Notes: generated from the sequence alone by a model not told the origin. Shown: positions 17,255 to 29,371, numbered from the stretch's first letter. The stretch is DNA of 64,000 nucleotides from Christensenellaceae bacterium (GCA_045613505.1 JAZLBC010000031.1:36038-100037); one strand, 5' to 3'. A program made the numbers and translations.

Positions 17255-20200
17255 TCATATTTTTATACTTTCTAAAAATTTACGCATAACGACTAGCATT
17301 AAAGAGTTGTCTTCTCCGTTTCTCTTGAACTCTATTCTTGCCTTGTTGCCCATAGAAATATACGCCTTGCCCATAGATTTATCTACCGCTTCTAATAGTT
17401 CGCTTTTCATGAAACTCTTATAATCGTTAAACTCGAAAAACGCCCTATTTTTATCAATCGTAACGTTACTTACACCGAATTTTGCACCTGTGTTTTTAAC
17501 CATCGCAACGTTTATTAAATTTATTACTTCTATCGGTATTTCGCCGTAGTTTTCTTTGGTTCTCGTTATAAACTCCGTTTCTTCTTCTAGGGTAGAAATT
17601 TCGGCAATCTCTTTATAAGTATCCATGCGCGCGGAATTGCCTTCGATATATTTTTCGGGTATATAAGCAGAAAGCCTTACGTCTAAATCCGGGGTTTCCA
17701 CAACCTTTTCATCTAGTTCTTCTTTTAGAAGTTTAGAATAAAGTTCGTAGCCGATTTTATCCATGTGCCCGTGTTGTTCTGCGCCCAAAATATTGCCTGC
17801 ACCCCTAATTTCTAGGTCTCGCATCGCTATCTTTATTCCGCTTCCCATTTCGGTAAATTCTATTATCGCGTTTAGCCTATCGAAAGCAGTCTGGGTTAAA
17901 ATTTTATCCTTTCTAAAAGTGAAGTAAGCATACGCTAACCTATCACTTCTACCAACTCTGCCTTTTAGTTGGTAAAGAGTAGATAGCCCTAGCCTATCTG
18001 CATCAATAACGATTAAGGTGTTGGCTTTTGGCAAGTCTATGCCGTTTTCGATTATCGTTGTTGAAATTAAAACGTCGGTTTCTCCGCGATAGAAAGACAT
18101 AACGTTGTTTTCCATAGCGCGTTCTTCCATCTGGCCGTGAACGACGGTTATTTTTAATTCAGGAATAAGACTTTGTATCTTTTCCTTAAAAGTCATAATA
18201 CTCTCTACGCGATTGTAAAGAATAAACGCTTGTCCGCCACGGTTCACTTCTCTCGTGATAGCGTCTATTATAAGCGTATCGCTCTCTTCGGTAACGTAGG
18301 TTTGAACGGGTAGCCTTTTTTTAGGTGGCGTTACGATAGTGCTTATTTCTCTTATGCCAGACAGCGACATATGTAGCGTTCTTGGAATAGGCGTTGCCGT
18401 TAGCGTTAGAGTATCTACGTTGGTTTTTAAGAGTTTGATTTTTTCTTTATGTTCTACGCCAAAGCGTTGTTCTTCGTCTAGCACTAGTAAGCCTAGGTCG
18501 TAAAAGCCCACGTCTTTACTGATTAGCCTATGCGTGCCTATAACGAAGTCGATTTTGCCTTGTTTTAAGTCTTCGATTATCTGTTTTTGTTGTTTCGGCG
18601 TTCTAAACCTATTAAGGCAAGCAATTTTAACGCCAAAACCCTTAAACCTTTCTATCGCCGTGTTGTAGTGCTGTTCAGTAAGGATAGTGGTAGGCGCAAG
18701 CATAGCAACTTGCTTGCCGTTAGTAACAGCCCTAAACACCGCTCTAAAAGCCACTTCAGTTTTTCCAAACCCCACGTCGCCACAGATAAGCCTATCCATA
18801 ACTTTTGCGCTTAGCATGTCTTTTTTAACTGCTTTTTCGCTTTCTAGTTGGTCGGGCGTTTCTTCAAACGGAAAGGCTAGATTAAAAGCGCGTTCTTCGT
18901 TTTCGTCGCAAGAAAAGGCAAAGCCTTCCCTTTGGTTTCTTTCGTTATATAATTTTTTAAGGTCGAAAGACATTTTTTTAATGCTTTCTATCGCTTGACG
19001 TTTTACCCTTTCAAAGTCTGCCCCACCGATTTTAGATAGTCTTGGGTGCTTTTCGCTACCAAGATATCTAGTCAATAGGTCCATTTGTTCTACGGGTACG
19101 TAAAGCAAATCACTGCCGGCGTATTCAACGGCAATATAATCTTTCGTGCTTTCGGTAGAAGATATGCGCTTTGTGCCGATAACTTTTCCAACACCGTGCG
19201 TTTCGTGAACGCAATAGTCCCCAACTTCTGGCGCGGTAAAGAAAGTTGCTTTGGCTTTTTTCTTGGTTTTAAATTGCGCGTTTTGGTTAGAAGTGTAAAG
19301 GTTTCCACTACCGATAACGGCTAGTTTTTTCTCGTGGAAAATAAAACCGCTAGAAAGGGGCTCGGATAAAATTTCTACGCCGATAAGTTTTAATTCGCCG
19401 TCTATTTTAGATGCGATGCCGTGTGAAGATAATTCGCCTGATAAATATTCAGATCTTTTTTGGTTATTAGTGCAAATTATTACTGAATAACCCGTTTTTA
19501 GCCAGTTATCTATATCGCGATATATTTGCCCGAAATCTAGTTTGTAGTTAACCACACCACCAACTGATGGATTAACGATTTTAAGTGGCGAAAACAAACT
19601 TAGCGAAGATGACATTAAAGATAGCGTTGCCTTTTTGAAGTTTTTAAGGCGTTCTACAATTCGCTCTTTAAAAACAAATCCGTTCTTTTGAAATTTGAAC
19701 GCCTCGCCACCCTTATATAGCGTTTTATGTCTTTCCAGAAATTCTGTTTCTAAAAGCGAAATGGTTTCGCTAACTTTTTTTTCTTCGTCAAAGATTATTG
19801 CCGTGTTCTCATTTAATATATCAAATAGCGTAACGGAGTTTTTAGAGAGCGGGTAAAGCATATCAAGGCTTTCAAAATCGCCAACTTCGCTAGCAGACAC
19901 TAAATCGTTGTAAACGCTTTTTAGTTTTTCACGCCTGTCGGCGCTAGCGTCTTGACACTCTAATTTTACCTTTGCTAAAAATTCGGTTATCTCTTCGTTT
20001 GAAAAAGAAAATTCCACCAAAGACAGTATTTTAACGCTATTTATAAAGCCTTGGTTTTTACGCGTTTCTACGTCGTATTTTTTTATGTTTTCGATTTGGT
20101 CGCCAAAAAAATCTATTCTAACGGGACAATCTTGGTCTACTAAAAACACGTCTATAATATCGCCCCTTACGGCAAAACTACCCTTGCTATCCACGCTTTC

Positions 20201-20662
20201 TACGCGTTTATAACCCATAGAAATCAAATTTTTAGAAACGCAAGATAGTGAAATTTCTTGCTCTTTTTTTAAGGTTATCGTTTTAACGCTTTTTGGGTAT
20301 AGCGTGGTAAGTGCTTCGGGCGTTACCACTAAAACGTCCGTTTTCCGTAGGTTTTCTAGTGCTGAAAGCCTTGAATAAAGCCCGTCTTTTGAAAAGGCAC
20401 GCACGAACGAAAAGTTTTGGTCTTTACAAGGCATATAAGTTACGCTTTTGCCGGAAAACTCTTTAATGGCTTTAACTGCCGAAAAAGCCGAAACGGTATC
20501 TTTTGCAACGTATAAAACGGGGCAATCTAGCGTGCCGACTAAAAAATTCTTAAAACTATCCGAAACGCCGAAAACCGCCGTAGGAACACCTAGGCGGACG
20601 CTTTCAGTAAACTCTTTAACCGAGCCGAAATTATTTAGTAGTTGGTTGAGTTTATTTAGCAT
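17255..20662 (-). CDS. mfd: Transcription-repair coupling factor
   Basis: 1135 aa. Walker [20 protein letters not shown] box. Helicase motifs [10 protein letters not shown] and QLKGRVGRS. Conserved pth-mfd linkage. Confidence 0.97.
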   Translation of the reverse strand: MLNKLNQLLNNFGSVKEFTESVRLGVPTAVFGVSDSFKNFLVGTLDCPVLYVAKDTVSAFSAVKAIKEFSGKSVTYMPCKDQNFSFVRAFSKDGLYSRLSALENLRKTDVLVVTPEALTTLYPKSVKTITLKKEQEISLSCVSKNLISMGYKRVESVDSKGSFAVRGDIIDVFLVDQDCPVRIDFFGDQIENIKKYDVETRKNQGFINSVKILSLVEFSFSNEEITEFLAKVKLECQDASADRREKLKSVYNDLVSASEVGDFESLDMLYPLSKNSVTLFDILNENTAIIFDEEKKVSETISLLETEFLERHKTLYKGGEAFKFQKNGFVFKERIVERLKNFKKATLSLMSSSLSLFSPLKIVNPSVGGVVNYKLDFGQIYRDIDNWLKTGYSVIICTNNQKRSEYLSGELSSHGIASKIDGELKLIGVEILSEPLSSGFIFHEKKLAVIGSGNLYTSNQNAQFKTKKKAKATFFTAPEVGDYCVHETHGVGKVIGTKRISSTESTKDYIAVEYAGSDLLYVPVEQMDLLTRYLGSEKHPRLSKIGGADFERVKRQAIESIKKMSFDLKKLYNERNQREGFAFSCDENEERAFNLAFPFEETPDQLESEKAVKKDMLSAKVMDRLICGDVGFGKTEVAFRAVFRAVTNGKQVAMLAPTTILTEQHYNTAIERFKGFGVKIACLNRFRTPKQQKQIIEDLKQGKIDFVIGTHRLISKDVGFYDLGLLVLDEEQRFGVEHKEKIKLLKTNVDTLTLTATPIPRTLHMSLSGIREISTIVTPPKKRLPVQTYVTEESDTLIIDAITREVNRGGQAFILYNRVESIMTFKEKIQSLIPELKITVVHGQMEERAMENNVMSFYRGETDVLISTTIIENGIDLPKANTLIVIDADRLGLSTLYQLKGRVGRSDRLAYAYFTFRKDKILTQTAFDRLNAIIEFTEMGSGIKIAMRDLEIRGAGNILGAEQHGHMDKIGYELYSKLLKEELDEKVVETPDLDVRLSAYIPEKYIEGNSARMDTYKEIAEISTLEEETEFITRTKENYGEIPIEVINLINVAMVKNTGAKFGVSNVTIDKNRAFFEFNDYKSFMKSELLEAVDKSMGKAYISMGNKARIEFKRNGEDNSLMLVVMRKFLESIKI

Positions 20663-20689
20663 AAAATACCTTTTGGGGTAGATTATTTT

Positions 20690-21262
20690 TTATTTTATTC
20701 CGTTGTATTTAGAGCCGATTTTAATTATATCCGCCCCGTTAATATATTCGATAAGCGCGTCTGCCGTTTTGTTTACGGCGTTTTCGTAAAGGGGCTTATC
20801 TTCTTTTTGTATGCCCGATAAAACGTAGTTAATTAGTGGAATATTAAATTCGCCCTCGGGCTTAAAACCTATTCTTATACGGCTAAAATCTTCGCTACCG
20901 AGTTCTTTAACGATATTGCGCATACCGTTATGCGTTCCGCTAGAACCCTTTTCGCGTATTCGAAGCGCACCTTTTTTTAGGTCGAAATCGTCGTAGATAA
21001 CTACTAGGTCTTTAAGGTCTATTTTGTAGAAGTTAACTAGTTCTCTAACGCTTTCGCCACTTAAATTCATGTAAGTTAATGGCTTGGCAATTAAAACTTT
21101 TTTTGCGCCCGAGCCACTTTCAGCGATAAGTGCACGGCACTTGGTTTTAGAAAACTCTGCGCCAAGTTTTTCAGCAAGGCGTTCTACCGCCATAAAGCCA
21201 AGGTTATGATAGGTGTTAAGATATTCTTTATCTGGGTTGCCCAGTCCTACAATAAGTTTCAT
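20690..21262 (-). CDS. pth: Peptidyl-tRNA hydrolase
   Basis: MKLIVGLGNPDKEYLNTYHNLGF, then GTHNGMRNI. Confidence 0.95.
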   Translation of the reverse strand: MKLIVGLGNPDKEYLNTYHNLGFMAVERLAEKLGAEFSKTKCRALIAESGSGAKKVLIAKPLTYMNLSGESVRELVNFYKIDLKDLVVIYDDFDLKKGALRIREKGSSGTHNGMRNIVKELGSEDFSRIRIGFKPEGEFNIPLINYVLSGIQKEDKPLYENAVNKTADALIEYINGADIIKIGSKYNGIK

Positions 21263-21275
21263 AATTAAAAAAGTA

Positions 21276-21301
21276 AAAGCCGTTTTTAACTAACGGCTTT
21301 T
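21276..21301 (-). terminator. Hairpin plus U-tract between prs and pth (terminator or attenuator)
   Basis: aaaagccgtt-agttaaa-aacggctttt followed by acuuuuuu on the minus strand, ending 5 nt before the pth ATG. Confidence 0.4.
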
Positions 21302-21315
21302 GTTTATCAAATAAA

Positions 21316-22269
21316 TTAGTCTTCGTAAACCGCTGAAAGCGAGGTTTCCATAAATACCGTGTTAATTGCACGTGCAAGCGTTTTTGCAACAGGAAGAATT
21401 TTGATTTTTGGATTGTTTTTAACGCTTTCTGGCATATCAATCGTGTCTAAAACGATTAGTTTTTTAATTGGGGATGCGGTAATTCTATCCATTGCAGGAC
21501 CAGAGAATACGCCGTGAGTACAGCAAGCGTAAACTTCTTTCGCGCCGTTTTTAACAAGCGCTTCTGCACCTTGGCAAATAGTTCCTGCGGTGTCGATCAT
21601 ATCGTCTACCATAAGGCAGGTTTTACCAGCAACGTCGCCAATAACGTTCATAACTTCGATAGCGTTTGCCTTAGGGCGACGTTTATCAACGATTGCAAGT
21701 GATGCGTTTACGCGTGATGCGAAGTTTCTTGCCCTACCAACAGAGCCAACGTCTGGTGAAACTACTACCCAGTTTTCGTCCATTTTATTTTTGAAATATT
21801 TAGCAAGTAAAGGCGCGCCGTAAAGGTGGTCTACTGGAATATCGAAAAAGCCTTGAATTTGCGCTGCGTGAAGGTCCATAGTCATAACCCTGTCTGCGCC
21901 CGCGCTAGTTAAAATATCAGCAACTAATTTTGCAGTGATTGGGTCTCTTGGTCTTGCTTTTCTATCTTGTCTAGCGTAACCGAAGTAAGGGATAACTGCG
22001 GTTATTCTACCAGCAGAAGCGCGACGGCAAGCGTCAATCATAATAAGAATTTCCATTAAGTTATCGTTAACGGGATTAGAAGTGCTTTGGATAATGAATA
22101 TATCCTTACCCCTAACGGTTTGTGGAAGGGTAACGCTAATTTCCCCGTCTGAAAACTTGGTAACTTCTGCTTCTGAAAGTGGAAGCCCCAGTTCTTTTGC
22201 AACAGCCTCTGCAAGAGGTCTGTTAGAGTTGCCTGATAAAATCTCTATCATTGTGCCGTGTGTAATCAT
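21316..22269 (-). CDS. prs: Ribose-phosphate pyrophosphokinase
   Basis: SGNSNRPLA, GYARQDRK and a VDDMIDTAGT PRPP loop. AGGAG RBS. Confidence 0.96.
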   Translation of the reverse strand: MITHGTMIEILSGNSNRPLAEAVAKELGLPLSEAEVTKFSDGEISVTLPQTVRGKDIFIIQSTSNPVNDNLMEILIMIDACRRASAGRITAVIPYFGYARQDRKARPRDPITAKLVADILTSAGADRVMTMDLHAAQIQGFFDIPVDHLYGAPLLAKYFKNKMDENWVVVSPDVGSVGRARNFASRVNASLAIVDKRRPKANAIEVMNVIGDVAGKTCLMVDDMIDTAGTICQGAEALVKNGAKEVYACCTHGVFSGPAMDRITASPIKKLIVLDTIDMPESVKNNPKIKILPVAKTLARAINTVFMETSLSAVYED

Positions 22270-22411
22270 TTTGTTTTTCTCCTAATGTAACTTTTTGTAC
22301 ATCTAGTACCTACGCTTATTTTAACTCTAATAAAGAAAATAGTCAAGGGTTTTTCGTTTTTGTTTTAAATATAAACCTAAATTTATTTGGGTTTTTATAG
22401 CCCCATAACGC

Positions 22412-22440
22412 TTGACTTAAATTTTAGGTTATTGTAAAAT
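22412..22440 (+). promoter_or_regulatory. Putative promoter of glyQS
   Basis: TTGACT (22412-22417) - 17 nt - TAAAAT (22435-22440), 32 nt upstream of the ATG. Confidence 0.6.
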
Positions 22441-22472
22441 AATACTAATTGATTAAATTTTAGAGGTTTTTT

Positions 22473-23870
22473 ATGGAAAACAGCAAAGCAACTATGGAAA
22501 AAATCGTAAATCTTTGCAAAAACAGGGGCTTTATTTTCCCTGGTAGCGAAATTTACGGCGGACTTGCAAACACTTGGGACTACGGTCCACTAGGCGTAGA
22601 ACTTAAAAACAACGTTAAAAAAGCGTGGTGGAAAAAGTTCGTGCAAGAAAACAAATATAACGTTGGGCTAGACGCGGCTATACTTATGAACTCTCAAACT
22701 TGGGTGGCTTCTGGGCACCTTGCAGGGTTTTCTGATCCACTTATGGATTGCAGAAGTTGCCACGAAAGATTTAGAGCGGATAAACTTATCGAAGACTGGG
22801 TTCAAGAAAATAATTACGCGCTAGAAAAACCTATCGACGCAATGACGCACGCTGAAATGAAAGCGTTTGTAGACGAGCACAATATCCCTTGCCCTACTTG
22901 CGGTAAACACGACTTTACTGATATTAGGCAATTTAACTTAATGTTCAAAACCTTCCAAGGCGTTACCGAAGACGCGAAGAACGTTGTTTATCTTCGCCCA
23001 GAAACTGCGCAAGGTATTTTTACTAACTTTACTAACGTGCAAAGAACTACTAGAAAGAAAATGCCGTTCGGTATCGGTCAAATCGGTAAATCGTTCCGTA
23101 ACGAAATCACCCCAGGAAACTTTATTTTTAGGGTTAGAGAATTTGAACAAATGGAACTTGAATTCTTCTGTAAGCCCGGCACTGATTTAGAGTGGTTTAA
23201 CTACTGGCGTTCTTTCTGCCACAAGTGGTTACTTGATATCGGCATTAAAGAAGAAAGATTAAGACTAAGAGACCACAGCCCAGAAGAACTTTGCTTTTAC
23301 TCTAAGGCAACTACCGACTTTGAATATTTATTCCCATTTGGTTGGGGCGAACTTTGGGGTATTGCAGACAGAACTGATTACGACCTTACTCAACACCAAA
23401 ACGTTTCTAAAAAAGACCTTACTTACTTCGACCAAGAAACTGGCGAAAGATATATCCCTTACGTTGTTGAACCATCGCTTGGCGTAGAAAGAACGGTGCT
23501 AACCGTACTCTGCAACGCTTACGACGAAGAAACCGTTGGCGAAAACGATACTAGGGTAGTTATGCACTTCCACCCTGCTCTTGCTCCGTTTAAGGCTGCC
23601 GTTTTACCGCTTTCTAAAAAACTAAGCGAAAAGGCAGGCGCTATTTACGAAGAACTTGCTAAATACTTCTCAGTAGACTTCGACGAATCAGGCTCTATCG
23701 GCAAACGTTATCGTAGAGAAGATGAAATCGGCACGCCACTTTGCATCACTTACGACTTTGATAGCGAAACCGATGGTTGCGTTACCGTTCGCGATAGAGA
23801 TACTATGGCGCAAGTTCGTATTCCTATTGGTGAACTTAAAGCGTATATCGAAGATAAAATTAAATTCTAG
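22473..23870 (+). CDS. glyQS: Glycine--tRNA ligase, homodimeric class II type
   Basis: 465 aa. [48 protein letters not shown] and GVERTV motifs. Confidence 0.96.
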   Translation: MENSKATMEKIVNLCKNRGFIFPGSEIYGGLANTWDYGPLGVELKNNVKKAWWKKFVQENKYNVGLDAAILMNSQTWVASGHLAGFSDPLMDCRSCHERFRADKLIEDWVQENNYALEKPIDAMTHAEMKAFVDEHNIPCPTCGKHDFTDIRQFNLMFKTFQGVTEDAKNVVYLRPETAQGIFTNFTNVQRTTRKKMPFGIGQIGKSFRNEITPGNFIFRVREFEQMELEFFCKPGTDLEWFNYWRSFCHKWLLDIGIKEERLRLRDHSPEELCFYSKATTDFEYLFPFGWGELWGIADRTDYDLTQHQNVSKKDLTYFDQETGERYIPYVVEPSLGVERTVLTVLCNAYDEETVGENDTRVVMHFHPALAPFKAAVLPLSKKLSEKAGAIYEELAKYFSVDFDESGSIGKRYRREDEIGTPLCITYDFDSETDGCVTVRDRDTMAQVRIPIGELKAYIEDKIKF

Positions 23871-23892
23871 TTTTTAATTAGATAAAAAAATT

Positions 23893-23919
23893 AAAGCCAC
23901 TGAAATCAGTGGCTTTTTT
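23893..23919. terminator. Rho-independent terminator between the convergent glyQS and LRR genes
   Basis: gccactg-aaat-cagtggc followed by tttttt, with an A-rich run upstream. Confidence 0.7.
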
Positions 23920-23940
23920 GTTTTGCACGTGTTTTATGGG

Positions 23941-26892
23941 TTAGTTCCCCGTGTATCCCCATACAACTGGGCGGTTAGAATCGTTCCAACTATAATTCCA
24001 TCCACTTGGCTTAGAAGTTGCTTCGCAGTAGATAGTGAGTGAGTAGCAATATTCGAACGCAGCATAACCTATACTTGTTACGCTGTTTGGTATCGTTACG
24101 CTTGTGAGCGAGGTGCAATTATAGAACGCGTAACCACCTATACTTGTTACGCTGTTTGGGATTGTTATGCTTGTGAGTGAGTCGCAAGAATAGAACGCAT
24201 CATCACCTATACTTGTTACGCTATTAGGGATCGTTATACTTTTGAGCGAAGAACAATCATAGAACGCATAATCACCTATACTTGTTACGCTGTTTGGGAT
24301 AGTTATGCTTTTGAGCGAGTAGCAGTTATAGAACGCTTCTGAGCCTATACTTGTTACGCTATAAGTTTTATTTTTATAGGTTACGCTAGACGAGATATTA
24401 GCAGTTGATATATTACTTGATTGTCTTAAAACAGTTGCAACACCGTCTTTTATTCCGTATCTTGTTTCGTTAAATATGGTGTGGATATATCCGTCTTCTG
24501 CCACGTCGTTATTATTGCAATCCCATACTACTGGGCAGTTAGAATAGTTCCAACCACTATTCCAGCCACTTGGCTTAGAAGTTGCTTCGCAGTAGATTGT
24601 GAGCGAGGTGCAATTATAGAACGCATAAGAACCTATACTAGTTACGCTGTTTGGGATAGTTATGCTTGTGAGTGAGTCGCAAGAATAGAACGCATCATAA
24701 CCTATACTAGTTACGCCACTACCTATCGTTACGCTTGTGAGTGAGTCGCAATTAGAGAACGCATAAGAACCTATACTTGTTACGCTATTACCTATCGTTA
24801 CGCTTGTGAGTGAGTCGCAATCAGAGAACGCATAACTATTTATTTTAGTTGCCGTGGTTATATTCGCTTGGGTTACTAATTCACCATTTATATATAACTT
24901 TTTAGCATAATATATTGGATTAGAAATATAATCGCTAAACACTATTTGTGCCCATTGGTCTATAGTGCCTGTATAGTTTACACTTGTTAATTTATTGCAA
25001 TTTTCGAACGCATAATAACCTATACTAGTTACACTGTTTGGTATTGTTACGCTTGTGAGCGAGTCGCAATTATAGAACGCATAATCACCTATACTTGTTA
25101 CGCTATTTGGTATTGTTACGCTTGTTAGCGAGTAGCAATAATAGAACGCACTATCACCTATACTTGTTACGCTATTACCTATCGTTATGCTTGTGAGCGA
25201 GTAGCAATTATAGAACGCACTTTCACCTATACTTGTTACGCTATTTGGGATAGTTATACTTGTTAGCGAGCGACAACCAGAGAACGCACCATCACCTATA
25301 CTTGTTACGCTATAAGTTTTATTTTTATAGGTTACGCTAGACGAGATATTTGCGGTAGTTATATTACTTGATTGTCTTAAAACAGTTGCAACACCGTCTT
25401 TTATTCCGTATCTTGTTTCGTTAAATATGGTGTGGATATATCCGTCTTCTGCCACGTCGTTATTATTGCAATCCCATACTACTGGCGTTTCAGCATTCCA
25501 ACTACTACTCCATCCACTTGGCTTAGAAGTTGCTTCGCAATAGATTGTGAGCAAGTCGCAATTATAGAACGCTTCTGAACCTATACTTGTTACGCTATTA
25601 GGGATCGTTATGCTTGTGAGCGAGTCGCAAATAGAGAACGCAGAAGAACCTATACTTGTTACGCTATTAGGGATCGTTATGCTTGTGAGCGAGTAGCAAT
25701 CTGAGAACGCAGAAGAACCTATACTTGTTACGCTGTTTGGGATCGTTATGCTTGTTAGCGAGTTACAATAACGGAACGCAGAAGAACCTATACTAGTTAC
25801 GCTATTTGGGATAGTTATACTTGTTAGCGAGCGACAACCAGAGAACGCACTTTCACCTATACTTGTTACGCTATAAGTTTTATTTTTATAAGTTACGCTA
25901 GACGGGATATTAGCAGTAGTTAAATCTTTAGATTGTCGTAAAAAAGTTGCAACACCGTCTTTTATTCCGTATCTTGTTTCGTTAAATATGGTGTGGATAT
26001 ATCCGTCTTCTGCCACGTCGTTATTATTGCAGTCCCATACAACTGGGCAGTTAAAATAGTTCCAACCACTAGTCCATCCACTTGGCTTAGAAGTTGCTTC
26101 GCAATAGATTGTTAGTAAGTCGCAATAATAGAACGCTTCTGAGCCTATACTTGTTACGCTGTTTGGGATAGTTATGCTTGTAAGCGAGTCGCAATTAGAG
26201 AACGCTCTATCATCTATACTTGTTACGCTATAAGTTTTATTTTTATAAGTTACGCTAGACGGGATATTTGCGGTAGTTAAATTTTTAGATTGTCTTACTA
26301 CGTTTGCAACGCCGTCTTTTAGCGAGAACCTTATTCCGTCAATTATCCTGTAAACGTATCCGTCTTCTGCCACGTCGTTATTATTGCAGTCCCACACCAC
26401 TGGCGTTTCAGCATTCCAACTGGTATCCCAGTCGGTTGGGATTGATTGCGCCTCGCAATAAATCGTGAGTGTGTCGCAATATGCGAACGCATATTTACCT
26501 ATACTAGTAACGCTGTTTGGGATAGTTATGCTTGTGAGTGAGTCGCATTCAGCGAACGCGTATTCTCCTATACTTGTTATGGTGTTAGGGATTTCTACGC
26601 TAGTTATTATTTCGTTACAGCAAAAGCCTGCATCATCTCCGCCAAGAATACTAGTTACTTTATAGCCGTTAAAGGTTTCGGGTATAACGACTTCTTCGCT
26701 ATCGCCTATGTAACTGGTTACTGCTAATTCTGCGCCGTTTTCGCCTGAAACAAACGAATACACTAAACCTTTAGTGCCAGTAAAAGTTTCTACGACAGGT
26801 TCATCTTCTTTATCGCCACATGCGGTTAAGCCAAGAACTAGCGAACACGCTAGCAACGCTGATAAAACGAGTAATAAAAATTTTTTTCTCAT
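23941..26892 (-). CDS. BspA-type leucine-rich-repeat (LRR_5) surface lipoprotein
   Basis: About 27 units of the type SLTSITIPNSVTSIGxxAFxxC. Lipobox GLTACGDKED. I prefer the ATG at 26892 (AAGGAGaaactttATG) over the track's GTG at 26913. Confidence 0.85.
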   Translation of the reverse strand: MRKKFLLLVLSALLACSLVLGLTACGDKEDEPVVETFTGTKGLVYSFVSGENGAELAVTSYIGDSEEVVIPETFNGYKVTSILGGDDAGFCCNEIITSVEIPNTITSIGEYAFAECDSLTSITIPNSVTSIGKYAFAYCDTLTIYCEAQSIPTDWDTSWNAETPVVWDCNNNDVAEDGYVYRIIDGIRFSLKDGVANVVRQSKNLTTANIPSSVTYKNKTYSVTSIDDRAFSNCDSLTSITIPNSVTSIGSEAFYYCDLLTIYCEATSKPSGWTSGWNYFNCPVVWDCNNNDVAEDGYIHTIFNETRYGIKDGVATFLRQSKDLTTANIPSSVTYKNKTYSVTSIGESAFSGCRSLTSITIPNSVTSIGSSAFRYCNSLTSITIPNSVTSIGSSAFSDCYSLTSITIPNSVTSIGSSAFSICDSLTSITIPNSVTSIGSEAFYNCDLLTIYCEATSKPSGWSSSWNAETPVVWDCNNNDVAEDGYIHTIFNETRYGIKDGVATVLRQSSNITTANISSSVTYKNKTYSVTSIGDGAFSGCRSLTSITIPNSVTSIGESAFYNCYSLTSITIGNSVTSIGDSAFYYCYSLTSVTIPNSVTSIGDYAFYNCDSLTSVTIPNSVTSIGYYAFENCNKLTSVNYTGTIDQWAQIVFSDYISNPIYYAKKLYINGELVTQANITTATKINSYAFSDCDSLTSVTIGNSVTSIGSYAFSNCDSLTSVTIGSGVTSIGYDAFYSCDSLTSITIPNSVTSIGSYAFYNCTSLTIYCEATSKPSGWNSGWNYSNCPVVWDCNNNDVAEDGYIHTIFNETRYGIKDGVATVLRQSSNISTANISSSVTYKNKTYSVTSIGSEAFYNCYSLKSITIPNSVTSIGDYAFYDCSSLKSITIPNSVTSIGDDAFYSCDSLTSITIPNSVTSIGGYAFYNCTSLTSVTIPNSVTSIGYAAFEYCYSLTIYCEATSKPSGWNYSWNDSNRPVVWGYTGN
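24421..24534. repeat. 114-nt intragenic repeat, copy 1
   Basis: Reads identical by eye to 25372-25485 (ttgtcttaaaacagttgcaacaccg...atcccatactactgg). A third, partly diverged copy lies near 25932-26045. Confidence 0.8.
25372..25485. repeat. 114-nt intragenic repeat, copy 2
   Basis: See copy 1 at 24421-24534. Confidence 0.8.
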
Positions 26893-26930
26893 AAAGTTTC
26901 TCCTTTCTTTCACATAAGTAAAGCAACGTT

Positions 26931-26959
26931 ATTATAGCACTAATTTAAAAGTTAATCAA
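26931..26959 (-). promoter_or_regulatory. Putative promoter of the LRR lipoprotein gene
   Basis: Minus strand reads TTGATT-17 nt-TATAAT with a TGc extended -10. Confidence 0.55.
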
Positions 26960-26999
26960 CTAAATAAAAAAGATGTGTAAAAGTTTATATAAATATTGT

Positions 27000-27383
27000 T
27001 TATCCGTTTTTAGCGTTTACTGATATTACGCCCGAGATTATGCCGATTATCGTGCAAAAAAGAAGTTCTAAAATAAAACCCAGAAAGTTTGAATAACCGC
27101 CACCTATAACCTTGAATAGTAGGCTAACTAAAAGGCTATAAAGCACGCCGAGAAAAACGCCTTTAACTAGGCCTTTGTTTTCTTTAATAGAAAACAACGC
27201 GCCTAAAAAAATCGATATGATTTTTATAAACTGGTTAACGCTTTTTATTGCTGTTTCGGAAAGACTAGTTAGTTTTACGATAAGTGCGAAAAATAAAACG
27301 CCTATAGTGGTGCAAAACACGCCCACTACCGCGCCCTTTATAATTTGTTTTATTAAACCTGTATTTTGAATATTTTTTGACAT
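27000..27383 (-). CDS. Small 4-TM membrane protein (possibly YrzE/TIGR04086-like)
   Basis: 127 aa with four hydrophobic segments. Its position downstream of yajC matches Bacillus yrzE. The family assignment is tentative. No SD. Confidence 0.45.
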   Translation of the reverse strand: MSKNIQNTGLIKQIIKGAVVGVFCTTIGVLFFALIVKLTSLSETAIKSVNQFIKIISIFLGALFSIKENKGLVKGVFLGVLYSLLVSLLFKVIGGGYSNFLGFILELLFCTIIGIISGVISVNAKNG

Positions 27384-27386
27384 AAA

Positions 27387-27425
27387 AAACCCCGATACCT
27401 TTTTAGTTTAAGATATGCGGGGTTT
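27387..27425 (-). terminator. Weak hairpin plus U-run after yajC
   Basis: aaaccccg...cggggttt 8-bp stem with a large 23-nt loop, followed by uuuuuu directly abutting the next ATG. Confidence 0.3.
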
Positions 27426-27462
27426 ATGTTTTTTAGTATTAGTTTTACAAACTACTTATAAA

Positions 27463-27966
27463 CTATTCTTTATCAGCGGTTTCTTCTTTAACGTCTTCTT
27501 TAACGTCTTCTTGGGTTTCAACCACTACTTCTTTTTTTGCTTTTTTGCCTTTTGATTTAACGGAAGTTTTAACTTCTACGTTTTCTACGGGTTTAGTTTC
27601 TTCAGTAGTTTCTTCTTTTACTTCTTCTGCTTTTGGTTTTGGATTAGCGTAACCTTCTTTTGGTGCAGTTTGGTAAATAGCGGCTTTATCAAATTTGATA
27701 TAACTTTTATTGTCGCCCGTGCCGGTTTCTAAAACGAAAGTGTTTTCTGCATCATAGATTTCTACTACGAAACCACAAATACCACCGATGGTTTTTACCC
27801 TGTCGCCTTTTTTAAGGCCAGATAGCATATTTTGTGCTTCTTTTCTTTTTTTCTTGTTAGAAATAGTTGACCAAATAAGCATGCCCACAACGATAACGAT
27901 TAAAGGGATCATTAAACCTAGTCCACCGCCACCGTTTGCTTCGCCTTCTAGTAATAAACGTAACAT
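27463..27966 (-). CDS. yajC: Preprotein translocase subunit YajC with a long K/E-rich C-terminal tail
   Basis: TM segment plus the core MLSGLKKGDRVKTIGGICGFVVEI. AAGGAG RBS. tgt-yajC synteny. Confidence 0.85.
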   Translation of the reverse strand: MLRLLLEGEANGGGGLGLMIPLIVIVVGMLIWSTISNKKKRKEAQNMLSGLKKGDRVKTIGGICGFVVEIYDAENTFVLETGTGDNKSYIKFDKAAIYQTAPKEGYANPKPKAEEVKEETTEETKPVENVEVKTSVKSKGKKAKKEVVVETQEDVKEDVKEETADKE

Positions 27967-28064
27967 TTATTTATCTCCTTAATTTTTAGTTTACTAAATT
28001 ATTATATATTAAAACACGTTCTTTTGCAAGTGTTTTTTTGTTTTTTAATTGCCTATCGATTTTT

Positions 28065-29204
<1,140 letters not shown>

Positions 29205-29236
29205 TTATTTTTGTTGTATTTTTAGCGCAGTCAATA

Positions 29237-29266
29237 AACGCAGTATTGCGATGCTTATAAAAACAA
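29237..29266. repeat. 30-bp direct repeat, copy A (29/30 identical to copy B)
   Basis: aacgcagtattgcgatgcttataaaaacaa, about 45 nt upstream of the tgt start. Confidence 0.85.
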
Positions 29267-29371
29267 CCTTTGATTTTTTGTTTGGTTTTAGAAGCAAGCA
29301 AGACAAGGCTCGACTGCTCAAAAAGATGAGATAGACCGCCTGGTCATCGAAGTTTTTTGAGCAAGGCAGTT

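Noticed and set aside
21228-21440. 70-aa minus-strand ORF spanning the prs 3' end and the pth start
   Set aside because: It overlaps two well-supported genes out of frame and has no RBS.
22270-22472. T-box riboswitch upstream of glyQS
   Set aside because: A near-consensus promoter at 22412-22440 leaves only about 30 nt of leader. That is far too short for a T-box. I also saw no specifier-loop/T-box sequence (AAnnnGGGTGGnACCGCG-like).
23941-26892. CRISPR-like periodic repeats
   Set aside because: The periodicity of about 69 nt is in-frame coding LRR units inside one continuous ORF. There are no unique spacers, leader or cas genes.
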